From IMG/VR virus record IMGVR_UViG_3300023284_002520, positions 1 through 40,186 of that record: a stretch of DNA of 40,186 bases; one strand, written 5' to 3'. Source of the stretch: a virus. How positions within the stretch are numbered: position 1 is the stretch's first letter; each line of letters starts with the position of its first letter. The position numbers and the translations under genes were made by a program. The notes under the pieces are model-generated. The model was given only the letters and a program-made list of their open reading frames with translations. It did not search any database and had not been told where the DNA came from. This document shows positions 1 to 9,023 of this stretch, in pieces.

Positions 1-144
1 GAAGCTGATAAATCAAAACTTAATACTCCAGAAAAGCCATGAAAACCTTCCGATGTTCCTGTTTTAATTTGAATTAACGTTAAGTTTAATGTTCTAATGA
101 ATTCCGGTTTAGCATTTTCAAAATTATCCTCACGTTGCCACACT
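1..144. repeat. Terminal direct repeat, copy 1 (identical to 40043..40186)
   Basis: Bases 1-144 match the last 144 bases of the window base for base. This implies a 40,042-bp circular or terminally redundant unit. Confidence 0.95.
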
Positions 145-539
145 CTATCAGTTTTGGGAAATATACCGGTATTATTGACAGGATTATAAATTGTTTTAAT
201 TATTCTTTCAACTTCTTCACACATATCTTCCACGTCAGTTTCAGCTAATTCAAATAATGATTCATCGACACCTTGTATCCTATATCTTACACGAATTTTA
301 TAATTGTCTCTTGTTTCTTCAAACTGTGGATGAGCAATTACATTTTCACGCTCATTGGAGTTAATTTTTGTGACCTCAATAACTTTTACTTCCTCATCTC
401 CTTCAGGTTGTGCATGTGCATAAAAGAATACTGGGTTTTCCATTACATCAACAGTAGCATTTTTGGAAATACGTTGTGTACCAGTAAAACTCCAATTCGT
501 TTCGATTGAGTCCTTTAATGTTTCTGCTGCTGATGCCAT
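1..539 (-). CDS. Virion/tail-proximal structural protein, 5' part of a CDS that wraps the genome junction (321 aa in total with 39616..40042)
   Basis: ATG at 539..537 follows the TAA TAA of the upstream gene. The reading frame at 143..141 is the same as at 40185..40183, so the two pieces join in frame. The ORF track missed this piece because it runs off the window edge. Confidence 0.7.
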   Translation of the reverse strand, partial: MASAAETLKDSIETNWSFTGTQRISKNATVDVMENPVFFYAHAQPEGDEEVKVIEVTKINSNERENVIAHPQFEETRDNYKIRVRYRIQGVDESLFELAETDVEDMCEEVERIIKTIYNPVNNTGIFPKTDRVWQREDNFENAKPEFIRTLNLTLIQIKTGTSEGFHGFSGVLSFDLSA

Positions 540-542
540 TTA

Positions 543-920
543 TTAGAATCCGTCAATTGCTGAAACTGTTTTGGTAAAAACCACACCAGCGGCATGGCCA
601 TCTGGATTTTTTCTACCGTATGTAGCTAAAATATAATACACTACTTCTTTTTGAATATCTATTACCACTTGATATAATTTATCTGACTTTTTTGGTGAAG
701 TCCAATAATTATAAGATGCAGCGGCTAATCGTGTAGATAGACCAGTAAGATCTGCGTCAGTTGGAGAAATTGGGCTTGTAGCATGCAATTTGATTTGAGT
801 ATTGATATAACCCTCGGCTTCATTTAATAATTCAGTTAATTTGGTATCTGCTGACGTTATTGATAAATCAAGATTAATTTTCCTTTTAACACCATTCAGA
901 GTGCCGTAATCAAATGACAT
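543..920 (-). CDS. Head-tail connector/adaptor-like protein (gp6-like)
   Basis: 125-aa ORF between the head-module genes and the tail genes. Its size and the N-terminal helix pattern (TELLNEAEGYI) resemble the HK97 gp6/SPP1 gp15 class. Assigned by eye only. Confidence 0.4.
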   Translation of the reverse strand: MSFDYGTLNGVKRKINLDLSITSADTKLTELLNEAEGYINTQIKLHATSPISPTDADLTGLSTRLAAASYNYWTSPKKSDKLYQVVIDIQKEVVYYILATYGRKNPDGHAAGVVFTKTVSAIDGF

Positions 921-957
921 ATCTATATTGTAAACCGATGATATTTAGTTGTTAATG

Positions 958-1770
958 CTAGACTGCAACCCTATAAGGCACGTTTTTAACAAATCTGCCT
1001 CGTAATCTCCTGGCTCTAAAGTGGTTTAATCTTCTAAAGAATCTACGACCATATCCCTGCTCCCATCTTTGAATATCACTATCTGACCAGATAAATGCGT
1101 CTTCATTGATGGTATCGTCAGAATTGTATCCTCTCTTTGCAATTGGATATAAAATACTACGTTCAGACAGTTCATTGTGATGATATCCATGAATGTGTTT
1201 GAATTCATGCATACCAACGTGTAATAATGGTTGTGTACCGAGCATTTTGAGAGTACCGTCTGTCCATTTTTCGCCTTCAGTATAATGAACATGATCAACT
1301 AAATATGCTGGTAGTGAATCACCAAATGGTGTAAAAAACATATTATCATTCCATTCTGTTACGCCATTTTTGGTTCCCTGAGGATGAAACAGATATGCGT
1401 GTGCAATAACCATTTTTCTACCACCAAAAACTTCTATGTCGTCAGTAAATCTAATTGTAAAATCACTCTTTGACTCATTTCTAACAAACCAATACTTTCG
1501 TGGAATAATAAAACCAATAGTTCTAAAAACTGCAGCAAAAGTACGCATCTGCCAATATCTATCAGCTATATCGGGAGTATAATTCAAAAATTTCCAAGTA
1601 AATATGGTTTTTTCTGCAGGATATTTGTATCTCCAATTTTCACGGCCAATATCTATTAACTCATTTTTAGATAACGGATCACCGTTTTCTGTCTGAAATT
1701 CAAAAGTTGGTTCTATAGCATCAAATTTAGGGTTATGTATCAATGCACAACGAATAGGCTCATCGAACAT
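958..1770 (-). CDS. Matrixin-like (M10 metzincin) zinc metalloprotease
   Basis: Exact HExxHxxGxxH motif (HEFKHIHGYHH, nt 1209..1177). Upstream VIAHAY resembles matrixin LAHAF. Downstream SILYP lies at the Met-turn position, and the C-terminal DSDIQRWEQGYG resembles matrixin DDIxGIQxLYG. Confidence 0.7.
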   Translation of the reverse strand: MFDEPIRCALIHNPKFDAIEPTFEFQTENGDPLSKNELIDIGRENWRYKYPAEKTIFTWKFLNYTPDIADRYWQMRTFAAVFRTIGFIIPRKYWFVRNESKSDFTIRFTDDIEVFGGRKMVIAHAYLFHPQGTKNGVTEWNDNMFFTPFGDSLPAYLVDHVHYTEGEKWTDGTLKMLGTQPLLHVGMHEFKHIHGYHHNELSERSILYPIAKRGYNSDDTINEDAFIWSDSDIQRWEQGYGRRFFRRLNHFRARRLRGRFVKNVPYRVAV

Positions 1771-1780
1771 TATTTATCGA

Positions 1781-1939
1781 TTATTGTATATAGTTAAAAA
1801 GATTGTGATAATACTCTTTATCTTCTTCCTCAACATCTTCAACGTCAGGTTTTTCTTTTGGTTTTTTCTTTGGATCGACATCTGGTATTAGATCATCATC
1901 ATCGTATAGAAGCCTGTCATCGTCCAGCATTCTTGACAT
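1781..1939 (-). CDS. Small highly acidic protein (52 aa, MSRMLDDDRLLYDDDDLIPDVD...)
   Basis: Manually found ORF below the track cut-off. It fills the 1771..1916 gap and overlaps the 3' end of the wHTH gene. No clear SD. Confidence 0.3.
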   Translation of the reverse strand: MSRMLDDDRLLYDDDDLIPDVDPKKKPKEKPDVEDVEEEDKEYYHNLFNYIQ

Positions 1940-2222
1940 TTTTAACAAACCCAAACATGTGAATGAGGTGAAACATTTTCCTATTTGGTAGTTTTACATT
2001 TTTATATCCTAAATCCTTCAAAACTCCATCAGCAGTTAATCTACGTAAAATATTAGAAGCTGATTCTTTTGGAATGCCAAACTCAGTTAGCAATGTGCCA
2101 CAAACGAAACCATATTTTTTCTTACAATTTTCTACAATTACTTCTGGATCATCACGAATTTGTACATTAGCGTTTAATGGTATTACAACATCATCCTCAT
2201 AAATCGTTACTTTTTTTCTCAA
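1917..2222 (-). CDS. Winged-helix DNA-binding protein
   Basis: 101-aa ORF with TTG start in a TTGA overlap with the upstream stop. HTH-like segment GTLLTEFGIPKESASNILRRLTADGVLKDLG. Confidence 0.5.
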   Translation of the reverse strand: MRKKVTIYEDDVVIPLNANVQIRDDPEVIVENCKKKYGFVCGTLLTEFGIPKESASNILRRLTADGVLKDLGYKNVKLPNRKMFHLIHMFGFVKNVKNAGR

Positions 2223-3082
2223 TAGTGTAACTCCCTTGGTTTTATTTTTAGTTCAGTTACGTGAGGCTCAATTAGAGTGTGACCGTTTGGTTCCACAATT
2301 ACTTCAACACATCCGACATCTGGTGTAATACCACCTGCCCCACCACGATATGCAAAAGCATCTGCAAACTTCCAGGCAGGATTTATGAAACCTTTCGTAT
2401 GAACAAAATTTACATTAACAAAATAATGAACGTGTGATCTAACATAGATGTCGATTGGTCCAACAACAGCTTTAGATTTATCAAAATGCATTGCTGCCAT
2501 TTCACGAGCTAGTGCTGTAGTTCTATATGCAAACCAACGATTAAAACCTATGTGATGTGTACAGTGAAAGTGTTTACCATACATTTCAAACTTTGCAAAA
2601 TAATCTGTAAAACCTCCCCTATCTTCTCTTTGTTCTCCTTTAAATTTTGGTATTTCTATTTTCCCCCACGCACGATATCTATCCGCATTTAATTCTCTTG
2701 CAACACGTTCTTCAAAATTTGTACCATCTATATCAACATGATATGGTGAACCACGTATCAATAATGTGTGCTCAGCCGGTATTTCTTTAATTAATTTTAC
2801 AGAGTCAGTAACTTGATCATTAATATCGGTCGTCCAATTATCTTTTCCTAGTGATTTTCTATTTCCACCGTTTATAGGCTCACCATTAATTACTTTAACA
2901 CGTGGTTTTTGTAAAAAGTCATCAGTCGTTTCACTCCAAATTTGTTTTAATTCTTTTTGTAATCGATTTGGCCTCCAATCTGTATCAGCGTTAGTTATTT
3001 CTGGATCTGCTGTACATGGAGCAAAAACAGAACCTACATGCATATCTGAATAAAATACTGCAGATTTCGATGAATTAGCCAT
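2219..3082 (-). CDS. Calcineurin-like metallophosphoesterase
   Basis: Motif order YSDMHVGS (DxH), INGEPING (GDxxD-like), RGSPYH (GNHx-like), CTHHIG, RSHVHY (GHxH-like). Confidence 0.55.
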   Translation of the reverse strand: MANSSKSAVFYSDMHVGSVFAPCTADPEITNADTDWRPNRLQKELKQIWSETTDDFLQKPRVKVINGEPINGGNRKSLGKDNWTTDINDQVTDSVKLIKEIPAEHTLLIRGSPYHVDIDGTNFEERVARELNADRYRAWGKIEIPKFKGEQREDRGGFTDYFAKFEMYGKHFHCTHHIGFNRWFAYRTTALAREMAAMHFDKSKAVVGPIDIYVRSHVHYFVNVNFVHTKGFINPAWKFADAFAYRGGAGGITPDVGCVEVIVEPNGHTLIEPHVTELKIKPRELHY

Positions 3083-3157
3083 CTAAGATATTACAGAATC
3101 TTATCGATTATTTGTGTTATTGTAATGGTTTTAGTTGAGTTAAGGTAAAATAAAAAA

Positions 3158-3394
3158 TTATGTTGATTCTTTTGCTTGGGCTTTCCTGAAATAAAACACA
3201 TAGATCAATGTAATTGTGTTTATTAACCCTCCTAGAATCAACAATAGAATAGGATTATCTTTTATTGCGGGATCTGTAACTACTTGATACACTACATAAC
3301 CAAAGATCCCAGTCATAATTAACGCAAGAATTATCCTCGCTTTTATTTTTTCTAAAATCCTTTCTCCTAATGAATTTGGTTGATTTGTTGACAT
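3158..3394 (-). CDS. Small membrane protein with 2 predicted TM segments, holin-like
   Basis: 78 aa with two hydrophobic stretches (IILALIMTGIFGYVVY and ILLLILGGLINTITLIYVFYF) and a charged C-terminus. Confidence 0.4.
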   Translation of the reverse strand: MSTNQPNSLGERILEKIKARIILALIMTGIFGYVVYQVVTDPAIKDNPILLLILGGLINTITLIYVFYFRKAQAKEST

Positions 3395-3506
3395 TATATT
3401 TCACAAAATAATTGATATCTAAAAGTGTTGTGGTTAATCTAATTCATCATGAAATGGAATTAAATAACTTAGGAATCGGGTATAACCACATTTTGAATTT
3501 GTACAT

Positions 3507-3707
3507 TTATTGCTTTTGCCCTTCGCCATATTTCTTTACCTCGTAACTGATTGATAGACCTGATAAAATTCCTGCGGTTAATGCTGCACCATATACTACC
3601 TGCCAAGGATCAACATCTATAATCAATTCAAACGCCACCAAGGAACCAAAAAATGTGACACCAAAATTACCACAGGTTCTTGCAAATATTCTCACTAAGC
3701 GATTCAT
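3507..3707 (-). CDS. Small membrane protein with 2 predicted TM segments, holin-like (r1t-type pattern)
   Basis: 66 aa. The N-terminal VRIFARTxG followed by two TM stretches and a charged tail resembles r1t/LL-H type holins. Assigned by eye only. Confidence 0.4.
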   Translation of the reverse strand: MNRLVRIFARTCGNFGVTFFGSLVAFELIIDVDPWQVVYGAALTAGILSGLSISYEVKKYGEGQKQ

Positions 3708-3737
3708 GATAGGATAATAAAAAAAGAAAGTTTAGAG

Positions 3738-3965
3738 TCATTTTCGACTCTTTGAGGTATTTCTACCTATTTTTTCTGGACTTTTAGCGACCTTAGTTTC
3801 AATTTTCTGTGGTTCAACTTTTCCGATAACATCATACGTTGGATTGATGTTTGCACATGGCCTTCCCCTATAGATTCCGATAGCATGATCAACTTTGTTT
3901 TTAGCTTCATCGATTGAATCAGCTTCAGCTTCTCCATGACATCTTTGACATCTTACTTTGACCAT
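3738..3965 (-). CDS. Small basic CxxC protein
   Basis: The likely start is ATG 3965, preceded by TAGGTGAT. The track's GTG at 3974 lies inside that SD. MVKVRCQRCHG..., Lys-rich tail. Confidence 0.5.
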   Translation of the reverse strand: MVKVRCQRCHGEAEADSIDEAKNKVDHAIGIYRGRPCANINPTYDVIGKVEPQKIETKVAKSPEKIGRNTSKSRK

Positions 3966-3974
3966 CCAAATCAC

Positions 3975-5186
3975 CTAAAATGCCGTTATCTTGAATGCAC
4001 CGTCTTCGAAAGCTTCTTTCACATCAAATCTGATTAACAAATCAGTTTGATATAGACCACCAACTGTCAAGTCGAAATTCTCAAGTGTTAGATCCTCACG
4101 GAGTCCTACTACTTGTGCGACATCACGTTTTGTGATCATTACTGTGTTTTCAGCAATTTGTGGTGTTTCCCAAACGTTCTTCAATCCTAAACTAGCAGCC
4201 AAGCCGGAGTTATTCACTACGTCTTTGTTGTCAGTTGGTCCTAAGAGGAATCTAGACAAGAATGGATATGTACCACTTGCACCGGTCGATGTAGCTACTG
4301 CAGCAAATGCATCGGCTGGATGAATGAACATAGTGTCTGCTCTATTTCTCTGAGTTCCTGGGAATTTGGATCTTATCACGTTAGATAATGCTTCAAATTC
4401 CGCATGGACTGGTGTTGCTAGATCTAATACTGCTTTCGTGGCAGTGTTTGTAGTTGTGTCGGCTACAAGTCTATCAATAAGACGTTTGCCTGCTAAGTAG
4501 TAATACAAGTTGCCTGCATTTTTCAATGGTTGTTCTACTGCTAAGAAATTATTGTCTTTGACATCATTTCTGTTTACAGCGATGGTTCCCCTAAATGAGT
4601 TCTTGGTTGTTGAACAATCAAGCTCAATGGTTTCCATCTTACCACCGATTTGCACTGTACCACTCTTTGCACCTGCTTCCTTGTATATGTCGATTGAGAA
4701 AGCTGTACTAGCTTTGTCACCACCGACAGTATCAGTGTACTGTGTTTTTGGTACATTTACTTTTGGCGTGTCCATTTCAACAATTCTTGAATATTGTTTC
4801 CAATCACTCCAAGGTTCTGCACCCTCAATGATTTCGTCAACAATTTTCAGTGTTGATAATGTACCAGGTACGGCAATTGTTTCTCTTAATGGTTTGCCAC
4901 CAATTTGAGGATTTGTTTTTGCAATCTCACCCATACGGATGTTATAGTGATGAAACCATACTTCCGGTAAGTGTGGATTGATTTTCATGTCCTCCATTGA
5001 ACCGTCACTTTTTGCAAAGAAAACGTCTAATGGAGTTTCTCGAATTGGCTTCCAAAGATCATATGGTTCTCCAAATCTTTCCATGCGAGCTTCAGCACCA
5101 AGTTGTAAAGTTTCCCTTACATGTGCCAACTCCGTCATGTTCAAAAGTTTTGAACGAGACCATTGTGTTTTATCTCTGACAGTCAT
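3975..5186 (-). CDS. Major capsid protein (HK97-fold candidate)
   Basis: 403-aa ORF immediately after the protease, scaffold and decoration genes. Size, position and composition fit an HK97-like MCP. Confidence 0.65.
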   Translation of the reverse strand: MTVRDKTQWSRSKLLNMTELAHVRETLQLGAEARMERFGEPYDLWKPIRETPLDVFFAKSDGSMEDMKINPHLPEVWFHHYNIRMGEIAKTNPQIGGKPLRETIAVPGTLSTLKIVDEIIEGAEPWSDWKQYSRIVEMDTPKVNVPKTQYTDTVGGDKASTAFSIDIYKEAGAKSGTVQIGGKMETIELDCSTTKNSFRGTIAVNRNDVKDNNFLAVEQPLKNAGNLYYYLAGKRLIDRLVADTTTNTATKAVLDLATPVHAEFEALSNVIRSKFPGTQRNRADTMFIHPADAFAAVATSTGASGTYPFLSRFLLGPTDNKDVVNNSGLAASLGLKNVWETPQIAENTVMITKRDVAQVVGLREDLTLENFDLTVGGLYQTDLLIRFDVKEAFEDGAFKITAF

Positions 5187-5188
5187 TT

Positions 5189-5668
5189 CTAGAATATACC
5201 TCTCTTGTCTACGTCAACTACTATGAAGTCACTTGCGTTTGTTGATGCGTCATGTGCTAATGCAAAAATAATATCTGCAGCTATACCTTTTTCGGCATGG
5301 CCTGTGGTTGCTGATGCGGTTAAAGGATCACCACGAACTATTGCTGTGCCATCACCCTTAACTCTAGCTTTACATCTACCACGAACACAAATTACTACTG
5401 CTTCACCTGCGGCTGCGGCAACTTGTTCAGTTGTCGTAGTTCCGGTGCCATCATCATAAATTCCGTTATTATCGCCATCTACAGCAACACCATAAACTTC
5501 CGCACCTTGAGATGTAGTTTCTGCAACTCTTGGTAAAAGTTCACCGGTTCCTGGGGCAGCTAAAACAACGGGAGATCCAATTCTGATTGAAGCATTAGCT
5601 ATTGCATTAACTGTACGAGCATCTGCGTCTACTGGTCCACTTGCGAGTCCCAAGTGTTTGTCTGTCAT
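5189..5668 (-). CDS. Capsid decoration/cement-like protein (DUF2190-like)
   Basis: 159 aa, Gly/Ala/Val-rich beta pattern (GEAVVICVRGRCKARVKGDGTAIVRGDPL) just upstream of the MCP. SD GAGGAT. Confidence 0.45.
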   Translation of the reverse strand: MTDKHLGLASGPVDADARTVNAIANASIRIGSPVVLAAPGTGELLPRVAETTSQGAEVYGVAVDGDNNGIYDDGTGTTTTEQVAAAAGEAVVICVRGRCKARVKGDGTAIVRGDPLTASATTGHAEKGIAADIIFALAHDASTNASDFIVVDVDKRGIF

Positions 5669-5719
5669 TATTAATAATCGATCCTCGTATTATTATATAA
5701 GTGTCTTTAAAAAATGAAG

Positions 5720-6577
5720 TTACTCTGTGGGGGTATAATATGAGCCGTCAGAGATACTGTTATTTAGGGATCTAATATTTGATCTGGTGTCATTCAATTT
5801 TAATAAATTGAATTTTATTGGTGGGGGTATTTCAACACCATAAGCTTTTTCAACTTCACGAATTTGGGTTTTTCCGGCAGTTTTTTTGACTGAACCTAAT
5901 TCATAAGACATTGTACCTTGTTTGGCAGAAATCTCTTTGAATTGCTTGCCCATCGCAATTAACGCCTCATGCTGTTTTTTAATTATACTAATTAATGGAC
6001 GTGTTTCTTGTTTTACGGTATATTGGATTTGTTTCATCATTTGTGGTGTATTCATTTGTGGCATTGGGGGCATATTAGGTTGCATTTGTGCCATAACTTC
6101 CGGACACATACCACCTTGCATTTGCTGAGGCGGTCCACCTGGCATTTGTGGTTGCATTCCAGGTGGCATGTTTTCTCTCATTTGATCTTCACCTGATGCG
6201 GTTTGCATAGATTCGATATCAGTGTTTGGTGCGTCTTTACCCTGTTTCTCTAAACCCTCGATGTTTGAAGATTGATGAGAATCAAGTGCTCCGGTTATTT
6301 TATCTGTTTCGTGCATGTCATCTGCGTCTGTAGATTTTTTATGTGGATTATCTACGTGCTTTCCATCTACGGCACCATTACCTTCCTGTAATTGCTGAAT
6401 AGCTGCACTTAACATTCCTTGTCCGTGTTGTTGTTGAACTTTATCTGGATGATTCTTCAAAATAACACCGATTTCAACTAGTTTTTTTATAGCTGGGCCG
6501 GCTCTAATTTGATTTAGAATCGCTCCTGCTTCAGTAATACTAGTGCATTCTTGAAGCTGTCTGATGTAATCTGTCAT
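5720..6577 (-). CDS. Scaffolding protein candidate
   Basis: 285 aa between protease and capsid genes. Helical ends and a central Met/Pro/Gln-rich low-complexity region. Confidence 0.45.
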   Translation of the reverse strand: MTDYIRQLQECTSITEAGAILNQIRAGPAIKKLVEIGVILKNHPDKVQQQHGQGMLSAAIQQLQEGNGAVDGKHVDNPHKKSTDADDMHETDKITGALDSHQSSNIEGLEKQGKDAPNTDIESMQTASGEDQMRENMPPGMQPQMPGGPPQQMQGGMCPEVMAQMQPNMPPMPQMNTPQMMKQIQYTVKQETRPLISIIKKQHEALIAMGKQFKEISAKQGTMSYELGSVKKTAGKTQIREVEKAYGVEIPPPIKFNLLKLNDTRSNIRSLNNSISDGSYYTPTE

Positions 6578-6620
6578 ACTATATCGACTAAATAATCGTA
6601 TTTAGGCGTTTTTATAACCC

Positions 6621-8282
6621 CTACAGAATTTCTATTTTTGTACTTTTAACACCTGGATTTGCAGGTGGAATCCATTCACCACGCCAATACATTCCTAATG
6701 GATTTGTAACTACATAGGTAAATGCAATATTATCAGTTTCCCCAAGAATTACACCATGAGGTACAATAAAACACTCTCCACTATTATCACAGGGTTGTCC
6801 ATTCAGCATTTCGAATGACTCTGATCGTGGTGGACCTCCATTAATACTAACTCCGCTAATTGTATCATTTTTAATCGCTTCAATGATTTCAGGATCGGGT
6901 TCTAGATGTAAGAATTGAACTTGTTGTAATTCCTTGTTATAATCACCATCCATGACTTTACCACCTGTTTCATGCTGAGGATCGTGATTAATGTCAGAGC
7001 CTTTCAGTACGCCAGTTCTAGACAATCCATGAAGCTCGTCACCACTTAGCAATCTTCTGAACGGTTCACCTTCACCACGATGATCAGTAATTGCAACTTC
7101 ACTTGCACGAATCAATAACCATTTACCATTAGCTTCCTGTTTTTTTACGGCCTTAATATGATCTGGTGTTAGCCATGTAAATTCTTTTTTTAATTCTGAT
7201 ATTGTCTCACGTATTTTCAATGATGAATTATCCATGTCTAATTCGAATGTTAGTTTTTTGGTGGAAGCCACTTTTGGTTTAACAGATATAGACATATATG
7301 GTTCATCTTCGGGTTTGTTAAAGTTGTAATCTTTTTCTATAACATCGGGTAGAGTAGTATCAATATCAGTATGAATGGCGGGAATATCTAGCTTGAATCT
7401 ATCCGTTGTTTTTATCATGTCTTTAGGATCTTTTGCCGGCTTTGCTTGTACAATCATGTAAGGTTGTTCACCTGGTTTAGGACGGTTGTATTCTTTTTCG
7501 ATAGTATCCGGTAAGCTTGTATCAGTATCAGAATGATAAGTTGGAATATTTAGTTTTAATCCCTCTTTTAACAGGTCTTTGTAAATAACATTATGATCAC
7601 CTTGCAACGCATCAGCTTGTGTATTAACTCCAAAGTCCCAAGGTGTTGTTAAATCGCTCATGAAACCCTCTCTACCATGCATACTTGGTTGTGACTCTGG
7701 TTTGTTCGATGTACCTAACCAATTAGTTTGATCTTGATATATGTTTGGTCCTTTCCATCCCATACCGCTAGGACGTGGTGGATAACCAGAATCAAAAATT
7801 AATTCCGGATGAATTTTAGGTAACAAGTCAAGTCCGATAACTTGAGGTGGCCATTCATTTAAAATTGGTCCAGGTTCAGAAAATTCTCCAATAACAACAC
7901 GTGTTGCTTCCATATCTGGAATTCCTTCACCAACTAAAGCTTGATATCTTCTAAGAATATTTTCAACTTCTCTACGTGCAGTTTCTTTCATTAAAGACTC
8001 TCTTACCTCTGCAAGTGTTTGAGTATCATTATAATCAATAATTTCATTTATTTTAGAAAATGTGGCACGGGTTCTTCCCTCAACAGAATCAACATTAACC
8101 CTGTAATCTATTCCTCCACGAGTAACTATTTCATTATCCTGAAACTGGTTTGCGTTATCACCAAACAGACGAAAAGTGTCTTCTCCTTTTTTTTGTTTAA
8201 GTGATATCATTCGATCAGCTTTGCCACGTTCCCTAGACTCCCAAGCTTTTTTTGCACTTGCAGAATCTTCTTTAATTTTCAT
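6621..8282 (-). CDS. Prohead protease candidate (HK97 U35/S78-like C-terminal domain) with a long N-terminal extension
   Basis: C-terminal GSDINHD...GGKVMDG and ISGVSINGG resemble the His and Ser regions of HK97-type proteases. Located between portal and scaffold. ATGA overlap with the upstream gene. Confidence 0.45.
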   Translation of the reverse strand: MKIKEDSASAKKAWESRERGKADRMISLKQKKGEDTFRLFGDNANQFQDNEIVTRGGIDYRVNVDSVEGRTRATFSKINEIIDYNDTQTLAEVRESLMKETARREVENILRRYQALVGEGIPDMEATRVVIGEFSEPGPILNEWPPQVIGLDLLPKIHPELIFDSGYPPRPSGMGWKGPNIYQDQTNWLGTSNKPESQPSMHGREGFMSDLTTPWDFGVNTQADALQGDHNVIYKDLLKEGLKLNIPTYHSDTDTSLPDTIEKEYNRPKPGEQPYMIVQAKPAKDPKDMIKTTDRFKLDIPAIHTDIDTTLPDVIEKDYNFNKPEDEPYMSISVKPKVASTKKLTFELDMDNSSLKIRETISELKKEFTWLTPDHIKAVKKQEANGKWLLIRASEVAITDHRGEGEPFRRLLSGDELHGLSRTGVLKGSDINHDPQHETGGKVMDGDYNKELQQVQFLHLEPDPEIIEAIKNDTISGVSINGGPPRSESFEMLNGQPCDNSGECFIVPHGVILGETDNIAFTYVVTNPLGMYWRGEWIPPANPGVKSTKIEIL

Positions 8283-8797
8283 GATCGAACACCAAGCTGG
8301 CTTAGATAGAAATTTTTCGTTTCGGGATCAAGGCTATTCCAAAAACTATTTTCAACATAGCTCTTGTCAGACGAATTAATAATATCATCATGGGTGCTTG
8401 GCAATACATCTTGTAATTCATATTGCATTTTATCTATATCGGGATAAGGTGTTGTCTCATGTACTTTTTTGTCACCACCGATTGATACACCTGATAACGA
8501 TGATGGAATTGCAACAGTTTCCAATCCATAGTGATCTAACACTTGGTTTGTAATCCCGTAAGGATCAGTATCATTTTCGAATTCCTTTAGAATGTTGTAA
8601 ATTGCATTTTGTGGTGTGGGTTCGTTAATTTCTTTTTGCTTGTCTAATATTTTAGTAAGAATATTTTCAGCTTCATTTAAAACAATATCTAACGGTGATT
8701 CCTGTTCATCTAGACTGGTGTGACAAACTGCATATGGATTATCTGCACTTCCCGATGCTTTTACTTTATCAACACATCTATCAAATTTTTCGGGCAT
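8279..8797 (-). CDS. Head-module protein of unknown function
   Basis: 172 aa, SD AAGGAT. N-terminal FDRCVDKVKASGSADNPYAVCHTS motif that I cannot assign to a named family. Confidence 0.5.
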   Translation of the reverse strand: MPEKFDRCVDKVKASGSADNPYAVCHTSLDEQESPLDIVLNEAENILTKILDKQKEINEPTPQNAIYNILKEFENDTDPYGITNQVLDHYGLETVAIPSSLSGVSIGGDKKVHETTPYPDIDKMQYELQDVLPSTHDDIINSSDKSYVENSFWNSLDPETKNFYLSQLGVRS

Positions 8798-8798
8798 C

Positions 8799-9023
8799 TT
8801 AATCCTTATGAATTGTTATCGTGATGTTATCTACCTTAATTATCATATCGTTACCTATTATTTTCCCAATTGGATTAAGAATTTTCACTTGTTGAGGTAA
8901 TGGCTTAGGTTTGTGTTTCGCACAATATCTAAGATATTTTTCAGGTGCATATGTATTAGTAAAAGTTGTTTGATATCTTTCCGGCACATCTACAAGACAT
9001 CCACAATCTAGTTTTTGCATCAT
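8799..9023 (-). CDS. Hypothetical small protein
   Basis: 74-aa ORF with ATGATG start overlapping the portal stop codon. Confidence 0.5.
   Translation of the reverse strand: MMQKLDCGCLVDVPERYQTTFTNTYAPEKYLRYCAKHKPKPLPQQVKILNPIGKIIGNDMIIKVDNITITIHKD

Noticed and set aside
1-144. The 144-bp repeat as a T7-like physical direct terminal repeat. The genome size of ~40 kb and repeat length are superficially T7-like.
   Set aside because: The repeat is entirely coding and interrupts a structural gene. No T7-like RNA polymerase, DNA polymerase or class I-III gene order is present. An assembly overlap of a circular or permuted genome is more parsimonious. This is still listed as checkable in the findings.
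4510-4908. Antisense or alternative-frame track ORFs nested inside long genes. Examples: 273..509, 1026..1298, 4132..4323, 4510..4908, 5205..5459, 5922..6196, 8019..8379, 9288..10319, 11175..11363, 11599..11913, 12318..12584, 13848..14405, 16614..17354, 18470..18709, 21184..21366, 21793..21987, 22741..23070, 27738..27998, 33499..34715, 35418..37418.
   Set aside because: They lie wholly within better-supported genes on the opposite strand or in another frame. They lack SD motifs, and their low-complexity Cys/Phe/Leu/Ser-rich translations are typical of non-coding frames.
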